Below, one piece after another: positions 51,588 through 64,000 of a stretch of DNA of 64,000 nt. The notes under the pieces are model-generated. The model saw only the letters and a program-made list of their open reading frames with translations. It was not told the origin of the DNA and searched no databases. Origin of the DNA: Eledone cirrhosa (Eukaryota); NCBI GenBank assembly GCA_964016885.1, contig OZ024747.1, positions 85,312,001 through 85,376,000 on the forward strand, read 5' to 3'. How positions within the stretch are numbered: the first letter of the stretch is position 1; the number at the start of each line of letters is the position of its first letter. Position numbers and translations under genes: made by a program.

Positions 51588-51654
51588 AAATAATTGTTTC
51601 TACTTTTGGCACAAGGCCAGTAATTATCCCAGTGTATCTCTGGCACTTTATTTT
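51588..51654 (-). mobile_element. SINE family 1, 3' fragment
   Basis: Tail and 3' region match; ends at the 20-bp array. Confidence 0.75.
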
Positions 51655-52032
51655 GTAGAGTTTTGCCGCAGTCTGTAGAGTTTCGCCGCAGTCTGTAGAG
51701 TTTTGCCGCAGTCTGTAGAGTTTCGCCGCAGTCTGTAGAGTTTTGCCGCAGTCTGTAGAGTTTTGTCGCAGTCTGTAGAGTTTCGCCGCAGTCTGTAGAG
51801 TTTTGCCGCAGTCTGTAGAGTTTTGTCGCAGTCTGTAGAGTTTTGCCGCAGTCTGTAGAGTTTTGCCGCAGTCTGTAGAGTTTCGCCGCAGTCTGTAGAG
51901 TTTTGCCGCAGTCTGTAGAGTTTTGTCGCAGTCTGTAGAGTTTCGCCGCAGTCTGTAGAGTTTTGCCGCAGTCTGTAGAGTTTTGCCGCAGTCTGTAGAG
52001 TTTCGCCGCAGTCTGTAGAGTTTTGCCGCAGT
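51651..52032. repeat. 20-bp minisatellite (TTTTGCCGCAGTCTGTAGAG)n, about 19 copies
   Basis: Direct reading; TTTC and GTCG variants give a loose 60-bp period. Confidence 0.97.
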
Positions 52033-52229
52033 TAAATGTGGAATATCTGAAATTTTATGATGGGATGCGTAGTCTGGGTGTGATTTGGCTGCTATATCGT
52101 GAAGTTCAAGAGATCTTGTAGAGGCTCCCACCACCTAGTTAGTGGGCGTTTCTTTTTTTAGCGCTGTATATAGATATGGCAGTTTCTGTCAGTCATTCCT
52201 TTAGGTCAATGGCCTTAATCAATACACTG

Positions 52230-52900
52230 CTACACCACCGTCGCCGACACCTAACACCACCACCACCACCATCACCAGCAGCTGCGGCAACATCAAACAA
52301 CAAAAACAATATCAGTAGCAGCACTAACAATAACAACTACAGCAAGAAAAACGGTGTAAACAGCAGCAACAATATCAAATCACCACACCACCATCTCCCG
52401 GGCCACACCACCATCTCCCCATCACACCACCACACCACCATCTCCCCCATCACACCACCATCACCACCACCACACCACTATCTCCCCCATCACACCACCA
52501 TACCACCACTAATAACAGTAACATTACAACATTACTACCATCATCACCACCAACATCTTTACTACCACGACCAACAGTACTACCACCAGCACCACCACCA
52601 CAAACAACACCACCACCACTAACAACAGTAGCAACATCACTACCACCACTACTACCACTACTATCATCACCATCATCATCATCATCACCACCATCACAAC
52701 CAACAACAACGACTCCACCACCACCAACAGTAAGAACATCGCTACCACCACTAACAACAACGCTAATACCACCACGACCACAAGTACTGCCACCAACGAC
52801 ATCACTAATACCACCACCACCACCACCACCAACACCACCACCACCACCACCACCACCACCACCACCACCACCAACACCACCACCACCACCACCACCAATT
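52230..52900. repeat. (CAC)n/(CAA)n low-complexity tract
   Basis: Direct reading. Confidence 0.9.
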
Positions 52901-53347
52901 TACATTATTCAGACCCATCAAAACCATCTTAACAACTTTCCTAAACAGAAAACTTAATCTTTGACAGCAACAACCCACATCTACTCCTCTCTTAATTACA
53001 ACATAGATCCACATCACAACAGCTAATCAGAACACCATTATACTCAACCAGTATACCACTGAGAAACCTGTATCACCACATCCACCACCACTACCATCAT
53101 CATCACCAACACTACTACCACCGGCAGTACCATCAACCGCCTCTTTTCACAACCTATGCACAACAATTCTAGAACAGAGAAGTTAGTTCTTGACATCAAT
53201 AAGTCGCACACGTTACTCTCTTAATTACGACATAGATTCCATCGCATTACACTTAATCAGCACACTACTCGCAAACCTAACACAGAAAATATATGATGTT
53301 TTCAACAACAAACCTCCCACACATATCCTTATTCTAACAATTAACCG

Positions 53348-53532
53348 AATTGGCAGTATCGGTAGAGGGTCGGACGCCATGCTTTGACGCATAGAGTTAC
53401 GGCCCTTGCCATTCTGAGTTCAAATCCCGCCGAAGTTAACTTTGCCTTTCATCCTTACGGGGTCGATAAAATAAAGTACCAGTAATACACTGGGCAATTG
53501 CTGGCCTTGTGCCAAAAGTAGAAACAATTATT
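53348..53532 (+). mobile_element. SINE family 1 with TSD
   Basis: TTATTCTAACAATTAAC on both sides. Confidence 0.92.
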
Positions 53533-53879
53533 CTAACAATTAACACGAGCAACGTTTTCGACTCCGCTCCTTGCTATCCACTAAATCAAACAATAATCAA
53601 CATTATCTTCACTATTTCCTTACCGTAATGAAACACGCTATATTTCAATCCATTTCTAAGAGATGTACTAGAATTCTTTATTTCATTATTAAGGTGGTAT
53701 TTGTGGCATAACTTAACAATAGGTTCTAGAATGAAATTATGTTGAAAGATTTAAATTTAAATAGGAACCCTTTAAAATGGGTGGTTTTGTTTCATAAGCC
53801 GATTTGTTATCTATCAACAGATTTATAAAACAACATAATCCGCTGGTTTGCTGACTACTTGTCACATAGTCAAACACTG

Positions 53880-54075
53880 TCAGTTTACAAGATCAACATT
53901 TCCAGAACATGCAATTTCTTGAATAGGGTACTTTCTCTCACCTACAAAACAGCTTTATACACAGACGACATCGTACGTACATCCTCCAACCATTCTCCAG
54001 ACATTACTGTACAACTATTCAAACCCTATTTGACTCACCCAGAAACCTGGCTCCTCGACAATAAAGTTAACCATT
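53880..54075 (+). mobile_element. Decayed LINE RT fragment
   Basis: ALYTDDI (YADD-like) followed by PYL....WL..NK. Confidence 0.45.
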
Positions 54076-54537
54076 TCTTTACTATATTCTTAATGATTTT
54101 AAATTTTATTTTTAAGAATTTAGATGGATTAAGTTAACTTCACCATTAATAAGTTGGAGTCTGCAGCTTAACTTAACAAAGGCTCTTAGATAAAATTACG
54201 ATGAAATGCTTTTAGATAAATATAAACACTTCAAAACAAAGTTTGTATCATTGAACCATGAATGGCTTCGGGTGGTTAGGTATCAAAGGATTATGTATTA
54301 TTTACGAAATACTGATTATAAAGCTATTATTGAAGATACCTGAGTCTACTCAATAAATATGTCAGACCCCAAACACTTGCAGAATAAGGCTGTATTGAGC
54401 TCTTTTATTATATTCGTGCGACAAAATGCACTCATATAACTCATATATATATATGCATCTGTTTGACCGTATATAATTGATTCTTGTTGAACAATCAAAT
54501 TAATTGATTACACTAACTAAAATTGAAAAATACTATA

Positions 54538-54634
<97 letters not shown>

Positions 54635-55534
54635 ATATATATATATATATATATAAAAGTGGATGAATACTTCAACAGGCACTAAGTACTTGTAGAAATA
54701 TGCAAGGTGTTTATAATATTTGTGGTTCGATGGTACTAATTTGAGATACCAGAACAATATAAAAAGAGCGGAGCAAGCGGTTATCAAACAATTTTCTAAA
54801 TAAATTAAAAGACGATTTAAATAATCACCTGTTCTATTGCTGTTACCGACGGTTTCACCATTCCAAATATTGGAAATCCAGAGAATTTCCAATGGAAAGA
54901 AATCGATCTTCAGACAGCTTATTTCCATACTATAAGGTTGCCAGCCTTACAGAAAATAAATATTTCGCTTCCTGCCCAACGCATGCGGTCAAGCCGTTAA
55001 AATGACACACACGCAAAATCAGGTCGCAGACAATAGCTGTTTATTATAAACGTGTTGATATTGCCACTAAAATTAGTACAAACAGTCAATGAAGGTTAGT
55101 TCATTTCTCACGCAATTAATAACGGCGCCGAGGTCACACATCCTGACCATACTATCAATGGCAGACTTTGCATTCCTTCAAATCTTTCTCGTTTTGTCTT
55201 ATTCATCACACGGTTTCGTCGTAAATTATACCACAAAATAAAACTATACAAAATTAACGTTGTTTGTTTATTTGTAACTTTTTAATAAACTTCAATAACT
55301 GGTTCCATCGACGATGGCAAGAATCTCAGCCACAACTTTCAACTCAATGGAACACACGCCTGCTATGCACTCGATCACCCTAACGCACTTCAATTCATCA
55401 CAATACAACAGCAAGCATGGGACATCATCGCTCCTACTACACTTGAACAACAATCAACAGTCACATTCAACACCTCCGCTAAATATATATAGATAAGTGT
55501 TTATGTAAATCTATACAGCTGTGTGTGTACAAGG

Positions 55535-55568
<34 letters not shown>

Positions 55569-55711
55569 GTAAAACATAGAGCGTAGTGCGTGGATAGTTC
55601 TACGCCCTAAGAGCAGCCATGATCCATCTCCCTGTAACAACAAAAATTGTCATTTAATACGGTTGACTCCTCAAGAATCAATGTACCGAAGACTGTGTGG
55701 AGAATTACTTA

Positions 55712-56035
55712 ACACATCACATTACATCACATCACACCACACTACACCACACTACACCACACTGCACCATAACACACCACATTACATCACACTACACCAC
55801 ACTACACCACAATAAACCACACTGCACCATAACACACCACATTACATCACACTACACCACACTACACCACAATAAACCACACTGCACCATAACACACCAC
55901 ATTACATCACACTACACCACACTACACCACAATAAACCACACTGCACCATAACACACCACATTACATCACACTACACCACACTACACCACAATAAACCAC
56001 ACTGCACCATAACACACCACACTATATCACATTAC
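55712..56035. repeat. 60-bp minisatellite built from CACAC/TACAC pentamers
   Basis: Lines 55801, 55861 and 55921 are identical. Confidence 0.95.
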
Positions 56036-56686
56036 ATTATATTATACTCTAGCGCAATTATGTCAAACTGAGGGTCCCCCGAGGGCCGAATGGGTCACAT
56101 ATGTGTTGTCTGAGGGCCACACACGACAACTAATTGTGTGTCTTTCATCCTTCTCATGGTTATATACTTGGGGTCGATATAATCGACTTTCAACTCCCCA
56201 CAATTTGATGACTTTGTGTCTAAATCAGAAACCATTATTAAGTTGGTGTTTGGCGAATAACATAACATAGGGTCTTGTGGACAATTATGATGGACAAGTT
56301 TTTCAGATAAATATAAACCATTTAAAACAAACAATTTTGTATCATTGAATCAGGAGTGGCTTTAAGCATATAGGTATTTAAAAGGTTGAGCACACAACTC
56401 TGCCTACGTCTATCATATCTTATGACCTCTTTATAATATCGGAACAAGGTCATTTTGCTGCACAGAAAATGTACGTGGGAGAGTTCACAGAATAAATTAA
56501 ATTAATTTCACATTTAATAAGGATGTGAAATATCAAACGAGTGTTCAATGTTACATCGGTCAAACGAAGAAGCCTATACGAGGTTGTAATGCCTTTTTCC
56601 TATTTTAGCAAAAATGATAAAAAGAACAAAGACAGGATACAGTTTGACCCTATTTATTTGTGTGTCTGTTACTGTTATTGTTGTTA

Positions 56687-56870
56687 GGTGGATTGGCAGT
56701 ATAGGTAGAGGGTCGGACGCCATGCTTTGACGCATAGAGTTACGGCCCTTACCATTCTGAGTTCAAATCCCGCCGAGGTTAACTTTACCTTTCATCCTTA
56801 CGGGGTCGATAAAATAAAGTACCAGTAATGTACTGGTTAATTGCTGGCCTTGTGCCAAAAGTAGAAACAT
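56687..56870 (+). mobile_element. SINE family 1
   Basis: Near full-length consensus match. Confidence 0.92.
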
Positions 56871-57143
56871 TTAAATATTTAAATCTCCAGATCGGCCAAG
56901 GCATATAAGTTGGAGGTTGTTGGTACATCAGAGCAGGACCCAGAGGTCGGAAGAGTGGGGAGCTATGAAGATCTAACGTCTCTTACCCGATAAAAAAAAA
57001 AAACTTTCAGCACTTTTCAATTTCGAAAGGACCCTAAAACCTCTACCGCTGGGGTGCGTCGTAAATGTAGGCTTAAACATTTTCTCTCGGAGGCCCAGAG
57101 CAGACCCGTGGTCAAAGACATTCCGGCCTTAACCAACCCGTAT

Positions 57144-57182
<39 letters not shown>

Positions 57183-57249
57183 TTGTATATCAAGAACTAC
57201 TTATGACCACCTATACTAACTTTTATTGTTATTATTAAAAACAACAAGA

Positions 57250-57575
57250 GCGGTGGATTTTACAGTATCGGTAGAGCATCAGTCAACATGCTTTGCAGCA
57301 TATATTTACTCTCTGAGTTCAAATCCCGCCGAGGTTAGCTTTGATTTTCATCCATACGGGGGTCGATAAAATAAAGTACCAGTAATGCACTGGGTCGATT
57401 TAATCAACTTTTCCCTCCCTCCAAATTGCTAGCTTTGTACCAAAAGTAGAAATAGGGGCCACGGGATGGCCAGCGCGTGGGCCTCCATTTGCTCATAATA
57501 GTGAGGATGGGGAGAGCGGGAGAGACGAGGGCGATGACAGTGGGAATTTGGTTCCTTTGTGTTCGGACTTGGTAT
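57250..57575 (+). mobile_element. SINE family 1 variant (57250-57452) abutting a CRE-like 3' UTR (57455-57575)
   Basis: Second part matches 17285-17405. Confidence 0.75.
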
Positions 57576-57668
57576 ATATGTATATATTTCACAGACACAC
57601 ATACTGAGGCAGTGCAGTTTTTGATTTTCTAATTTATTACTTTAGGCTTTCTCTACTAGCGAGACATA

Positions 57669-57970
57669 GATTGGCAGTAAGGGTAGAGAGTCGGACGCCA
57701 TGCTTTGAAGCATAGAGTTACGTCCCTTTATGATCTGAGTTCAAATCTCGCCAAGGTTAACTTTGCCTTTCATCCTTACGGGGTCGATAAAATAAAGTAC
57801 CAGTAATGTACTGGGTAATTGCTGGCCTTGTGCCAAAAGTAGAAACAATTATTAAACCTAATCCCGCCGAGGTTAACTTTGCCTTTCATCCTTACGGGGT
57901 TGATAAAATAAAGTACCAGTAATGTTCTGGGGTAATTGCTGGCCTTGTGCCAAGAGTAGAAACAATTATT
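57669..57970 (+). mobile_element. Two tandem SINE family 1 copies
   Basis: 57669-57853 near full; 57861-57970 5'-truncated. Confidence 0.9.
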
Positions 57971-58361
57971 AAAGGCAGTGAGCTGGCGGAACTGCTAGCG
58001 TGTCAGATAAAATAAAATTCCAATCAAGTGCTGGGGTATAGTAATATACTGTTACCCTTAAACAAAAGTGCTGGCTTTACGCCCAAAAAGGAAAAAAAAA
58101 AAAGAAATCTTTATTATTAAACTTAAAATGTTAAAGAATGGTTTGATTGAAATTTTGGCTGCTATTTCTTGCAGGTTGATTGACGACCACGTAGACTATT
58201 CCTGCTTGTACAATAAATACGTCGGTCGGTAATGTCCCACGCGACCTAATTTGTAGCGTTAAAAATGTCTCGTCTGCTATTTTCTCAAAATACTTTTGTT
58301 TTAATTGATGTAAAAAGGAGAGAAGGGAAAACGAGGTTAAATATATATGGAGGCGGAAGAC

Positions 58362-58589
58362 TGCAACAGCAACAACAGTAACAGCACTAACAACAACAAC
58401 AACAGTTAGAACAACCACAACAACGACAGTAACAACAACAACAGTAACAACAACGACAGTAACAACAACAACAGTAACAACAGCTACAGTAACAACAGCA
58501 ACAACAACAGTAACAACAACGACAGTAACAACAACAACAACAACAACAACAACAGTAACAACAGCTACAGTAACAACAACAACGACAGT

Positions 58590-58623
<34 letters not shown>

Positions 58624-58703
58624 GTAACAACAACTACAGTAACAACAGCAACAGCAGCAGCAAAAGAAGCAGTACCAACAATACCAGGAATAGCAGCACT
58701 GCC

Positions 58704-58767
<64 letters not shown>

Positions 58768-59412
58768 GTAACAACAACTACAGTAACAACAACTACAGTA
58801 ACAACAGTAACAACAGCAGCAAAAGAAGCAGTACCAACAATACCAGGAATAGCAGCACTGCCAACAGCAGCAACAACAACAGCAACAGTAACAACAGCAA
58901 CAGTAACAACAGCAACACTATTAGCAACAGCAACAGTAACAACAACAACACTGTAGGCAACACAACAGCAACAGCAACACTGTCAGCAACAACAGTAACA
59001 ACAACAACAACAACAACAACAACAGTAGTACCATCAACAGCAGCAACAACACCAGCATAACAACAACAACAACAACAACAGCAGTATCAACATTAGCAAG
59101 AATATATCTAAAGATCAGCTGCAACAGCAGCAGTATTAACATTAGCAACAACAACAGCAGCATTAGGAGCAACAGCAACAGCAACAGCATCAACAACAAC
59201 AAAAACAACAACAAAAACAGCAGTAACAACAATAACAACAGCAGTAGCAGCAATAACAGCAACAAAAACAACAACTACAACAACAACAAGAACAGCAACA
59301 GCAACAGCAACAACAACAACAACAGCAACAGCAACAACAACAGCAGTAACAACAACAACAACAACAACAACAGCAACAAGAGCAGCAGCAGTAATAGCAA
59401 CAACAGCAGCAG
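58362..59412. repeat. About 1-kb (AAC)/(AGC)/(AGT) trinucleotide tract
   Basis: Direct reading; includes a duplicated AAAAGAAGCAGTACCAACAATACCAGGAATAGCAGCACTGCC segment. Confidence 0.95.
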
Positions 59413-59556
59413 TACCTAGCAATGGTGAGAGAAAAGTGGAAAATAATGACCACCCACCCGAAAATATAGCAGAGCTTAGTAACATCATGACGTCACAATG
59501 ACGTCAAATATACCTTGTTTGGGCGACTGACTTTTGTGAAAGATAGGGAATAGAAT

Positions 59557-59627
<71 letters not shown>

Positions 59628-59630
59628 CGA

Positions 59631-59705
<75 letters not shown>

Positions 59706-59841
59706 GGAGGGGGACAAACATCGAGAACAGAGAGAGAGAGAGAGTGAGAGAGAGAGGGGGAGGAGGGGGACAAACATCGAGAACAGAGAGAGGGAGAGAG
59801 AGGGAGAGTTAAACGTCTCGAAGGAAATGAAAACTTTTATT

Positions 59842-59879
<38 letters not shown>

Positions 59880-60033
59880 GCATACATACATACATACATA
59901 CATACATACATACATACATACATAGATGTACATATATTAATAGCGTGTGTTGTTCCTTGGTGCAGATCTTTCGTCTTTTACGTGTATATGAATATGTAAT
60001 GTGTGTGTGTTTGTGTGTTTGTATAGTGCGCAT

Positions 60034-60114
<81 letters not shown>

Positions 60115-60443
60115 ACTACATGTCTTTCGAGGTAACCAATATGAAACATGACAGGAAAGGACCGCTATAAGTAACTCCACGCCTGTATTCTCCAATATCA
60201 ATCTCTTGTGAAATGCTTGTATTTTACATTCCTCAAATATTTGACATTCTATTATTTCCCATGGTGCTTTTCTTTTAAATGTTCATGTCACCTCCTCCGC
60301 CCCACGACCACCACCACCACCACCACCTCCACCTCCACCACCGCCGCCACTATCAAATAGACGTAGAGATATACGTACACAAAAACACCAAGGAAGAAAC
60401 TTGGAACTGCTAGGTATACCAAACAGACGGCAACCAGACTCTA

Positions 60444-60547
<104 letters not shown>

Positions 60548-60697
60548 GTGTGTGTGCATATATACATGTATGTATGTATGTATATATATATATATACATA
60601 CATACATACACACATACATACATACATACATACATACATACATACATACATACATACGTAGGTGTGACAACAGTTGCAGACATTGTGGAGAATAGAA

Positions 60698-60930
60698 GTT
60701 GTCACCCACATCATAAGCCCTTGTCCAAAGATGTCACCCACATCATGAGCCAATGTCCAAAAATGTCACCCACATCATAAGCCACTGTCCAATGATGTTA
60801 CTCACATCATAAGCTACTTTCCAAAGATGTCACCCACATCATAAGCCACTGTCCAAAGATGTCACCCACATCGTAAGCTACCTTCCAAAGATGTAACCTA
60901 CATCATAAGCTGCTGTCCAAAGATGTCATC
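60698..60930. repeat. 32-bp tandem array, about 7 copies
   Basis: Unit GTCACCCACATCATAAGCCACTGTCCAAAGAT. Confidence 0.9.
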
Positions 60931-61279
60931 ACGACACTATCTACCTATGTGAGGTATGATGTAGGGGCAAAAACACTATACAATGCAACCCGCAAAAATC
61001 ATAGCTCCGACAATAAACAAAAAGTTACAGCAATGTGGAGGACATTTCCATAGATAATATGAAAGAATACTAGTGGAATGTTCCAGTCAAAACCCCATCA
61101 AAATGCAAACATATCAGACCAGACATTGGGATAAGGGACAGAGGAAAGAAGACATTCATAGTAGAGGAAATCAGCTGCCCAGCTGATGTCAATATAATAC
61201 TAAAGATTAGTAAAAAGGAGAACATTTAATGTGGAATCTGCAGATAATCCTCATGAACTTCTATCACAATACAACTGTA

Positions 61280-61707
61280 ACCTAAGCAAACATGAAAGAA
61301 CAGCCAAACTCCCACTGTCATCGCCTCCATCTCTCTCGCCCTCCCCATCTCTCCGTATGGTGGGCAAATGGGGTCCCACGTGCTGGCCTCCCCTCAGCCC
61401 CGGCGGGCAGAATGGAGAAGGCGTTTCCCCGGAGGATGGCAAGGGAGATGCGCTGGAAAAGCCATTCCAACTCGTGAGGCTCACAACTGCGGCTGGCTAG
61501 CTCAGCGACTATGATGGTGAGTAGGGAGGTAGCCCTAGGGCCAAAGACACCAGAAGTCTCTACTGCCAAGGGTACGACCGCAAACCTGTCGGAGAGTGAC
61601 CGGTACTTGGAGAATTTGGCCTCCTCAGCCCGACATGCAGCAGAACCTGGGTTAGTCGCAGACTGCACCAGGTTGCGGCTGGAGAAAGTGTCGCTGCAAG
61701 TGGCGTA
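61280..61707 (-). mobile_element. CRE-like LINE 3' fragment nested in the R4-like copy
   Basis: ORF 61318..61668: AEEAKFSKY...VPLAVETSGVFG...FQRISLAILRGNA. Confidence 0.8.
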
Positions 61708-62030
61708 ATCATTGGGGCTCTGGGATATGTTACTAACTGCTTCAGTACATCCGGCTAACTAGGATGTTGCAAGTGCAGTCCATTAACGGAACTGTAAATA
61801 TATCTATAACATTTCAGAAATGATGTATATAATAACTGGTTATACTCATGACAAAGAAACATATACACGTGTACACATATAACTGAAAACATTCAAATCC
61901 ACACATACAATAACATCCCCACCTGCATACACACAGACACACCACACAAACATACAGACAAACATACGTATTTACCTAGGTGATATCTAAATTCCAAGGA
62001 AAGAATCTTGTGTCTATGTTAGAAACCGAC

Positions 62031-62071
<41 letters not shown>

Positions 62072-62140
62072 CCCCCCCCCTCTACCCCCTCCCTCCCGCT
62101 CTCTCTCTATCCCCCCCCCCCTCTACCCCCTCCCTCTCTT

Positions 62141-62226
<86 letters not shown>

Positions 62227-62244
62227 AATATATAAAATATAAAC

Positions 62245-62720
62245 CGATGTCGAAGGTTCTGCAGGAGTATGGGATCGATAGTCAGCTTCTTGTTACTTTG
62301 ACGTCTCTACAAATCCCCGAGAATTTGTGTTCGGATAAATGGTGTTAAATCAGAACCTCAATGTGGGAGTCGGACTCCGCCAAGGGTGCGTACTGTCACT
62401 TCTCCTGTTCATGGGTCGGACGCCATGCTTTCAAGCATAGTTATGTCCCTTTACGGTCTGAGTTCAAATCCCGCCGAGGTTGACTTTGCCTTTCATCCTT
62501 ACGGGGTCGATAAAATAAAGTACCAGTAATGCACTGAGTAATTGCTGGCCTTATGCCTAAAGTAGAAACAATTATTTTCATGAACAGGATTGACATACCT
62601 AGCCAGGCTGGAAGTGGTATCACGACTGGCTATGATATCAGACACGGTGTTACTTAACTCGACAGAAGGTGAGCTCCGATTTGCACTTGATAAGTTTGAT
62701 CCCGAGTGCTGCATTATCAT
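62245..62720 (+). mobile_element. RTE RT fragment split by a 5'-truncated SINE (62413-62576)
   Basis: KVLQEYGI and VGVGLRQGCVLSLLLF (RT motif B); TTCATG on both sides of the SINE. Confidence 0.75.
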
Positions 62721-62733
62721 GACTTGGTTTTAG

Positions 62734-63678
62734 TTGGGTGACAGATTAAATCTACCACCCAAGGACCACGCTGTGCTGTTAAACCATGTGACAGATCAAG
62801 CCTACCACTCAAGGACTGGTGGTATTGTTAAGCTGGGTGAGAGATTAAATCTACCACCCAAGGACCACACTGTGCTGTTAAACCGTGTGACAGATCAAAC
62901 CTACCACTCAAGGACTGGTGGTATTGTTAAGCTGGGTGAGAGATTAAATCTACCACCCAAGGACCACACTGTACTGTTAAACCGTGTGACAGATCAAGCC
63001 TACCACTCAAGGACTGGTGGTATTGTTAAGCTGGGTGAGAGATTAAATCTACCACCCAAGGACCACACTGTGCTGTTAAACCGTGTGACAGATCAAACCT
63101 ACCACTCAAGGACTGGTGGTATTGTTAAGCTGGGTGAGAGATTAAATCTACCACCCAAGGACCACACTGTACTGTTAAACCGTGTGACAGATCAAGCCTA
63201 CCACTCAAGGACTGGTGGTATTGTTAAGCTGGGTGAGAGATTAAATCTACCACCCAAGGACCACACTGTGCTGTTAAACCGTGTGACAGATCAAACCTAC
63301 CACTCAAGGACTGGTGGTATTGTTAAGCTGGGTGAGAGATTAAATCTACCACCCAAGGACCACACTGTACTGTTAAACCGTGTGACAGATCAAGCCTACC
63401 ACTCAAGGACTGGTGGTATTGTTAAGCTGGGTGAGAGATTAAATCTACCACCCAAGGACCACACTGTGCTGTTAAACCGTGTGACAGATCAAACCTACCA
63501 CTCAAGGACTGGTGGTATTGTTAAGCTGGGTGAGAGATTAAATCTACCACCCAAGGACCACACTGTACTGTTAAACCGTGTGACAGATCAAGCCTACCAC
63601 TCAAGGACTGGTGGTATTGTTAAGCTGGGTGAGAGATTAAATCTACCAGCCAAGGACAAGGTTGTGGTGTTAAACTGA
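62734..63678. repeat. 99-bp tandem repeat, about 9.5 copies, with 198-bp higher-order period
   Basis: 33-aa periodic ORF; DQAY and DQTY units strictly alternate. Confidence 0.97.
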
Positions 63679-64000
63679 ACAATTAATTAAATGCACGGCA
63701 CAAGTAAGTCGCAACATGATTTGAACTCAGAACCCTAAGAGCTGAAACAAATAACACAAGGTATCATCTAGTCCATTGCTGTATGATTTCACCAGTCCAC
63801 CAGCCTGGGCTTGGACTGTATCGACCGCAAAACGATTTGAACTGGGAAGGTAACGAACGACTAAAACAAATATAACTCGACATGACTCATTTACTGGTGT
63901 GTGTGGGGGAAGAAGAGGGTTGTGTTAGTGGCTGTGTAGTCATTTAATTATTTCTAAACATTAATCATGAATCCACATACGTAGCTGAATATTCAGTCTA

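Larger units (their letters stand above)
60660..62030 (+). mobile_element. Older R4/Dong-like family A copy, with internal tandem array and nested CRE-like insertion
   Basis: 60930-61260 aligns with 480-820 and 61708-62030 with 840-1115; preceded by (CATA)n. Confidence 0.8.

Overview
Eukaryotic, repeat-saturated genomic DNA with no confidently identifiable host gene. The SINE families and the extreme (TACA)n/(TA)n/(GATA)n/(GA)n/(AAC)n content point to an octopod cephalopod (inference). Most ORF-track entries are microsatellite artefacts. Real coding sequence is all transposon-derived: (i) a 5'-truncated Penelope-like element (Naiad-type RT plus C-terminal GIY-YIG, about 42.7-45.3 kb) with an inverted 5' pseudo-LTR and a direct target-site duplication; (ii) a frameshifted hAT transposon with TIRs (45.6-48.5 kb); (iii) many truncated LINEs (R4/Dong-like and CRE-like restriction-endonuclease types, RTE, Tx1/L1-like). 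More than 20 tRNA-derived SINEs, several MITEs and several minisatellites are also present. The most interesting signal is a set of hammerhead-ribozyme motifs of four sequence types, one apparently intact at 45496-45544 (-). They sit in (TA)n tracts, and several fold-back inversions turn around exactly at a ribozyme helix. A second pattern is that each retroelement family occupies its own microsatellite type. All RNA folds were read by eye, not computed.
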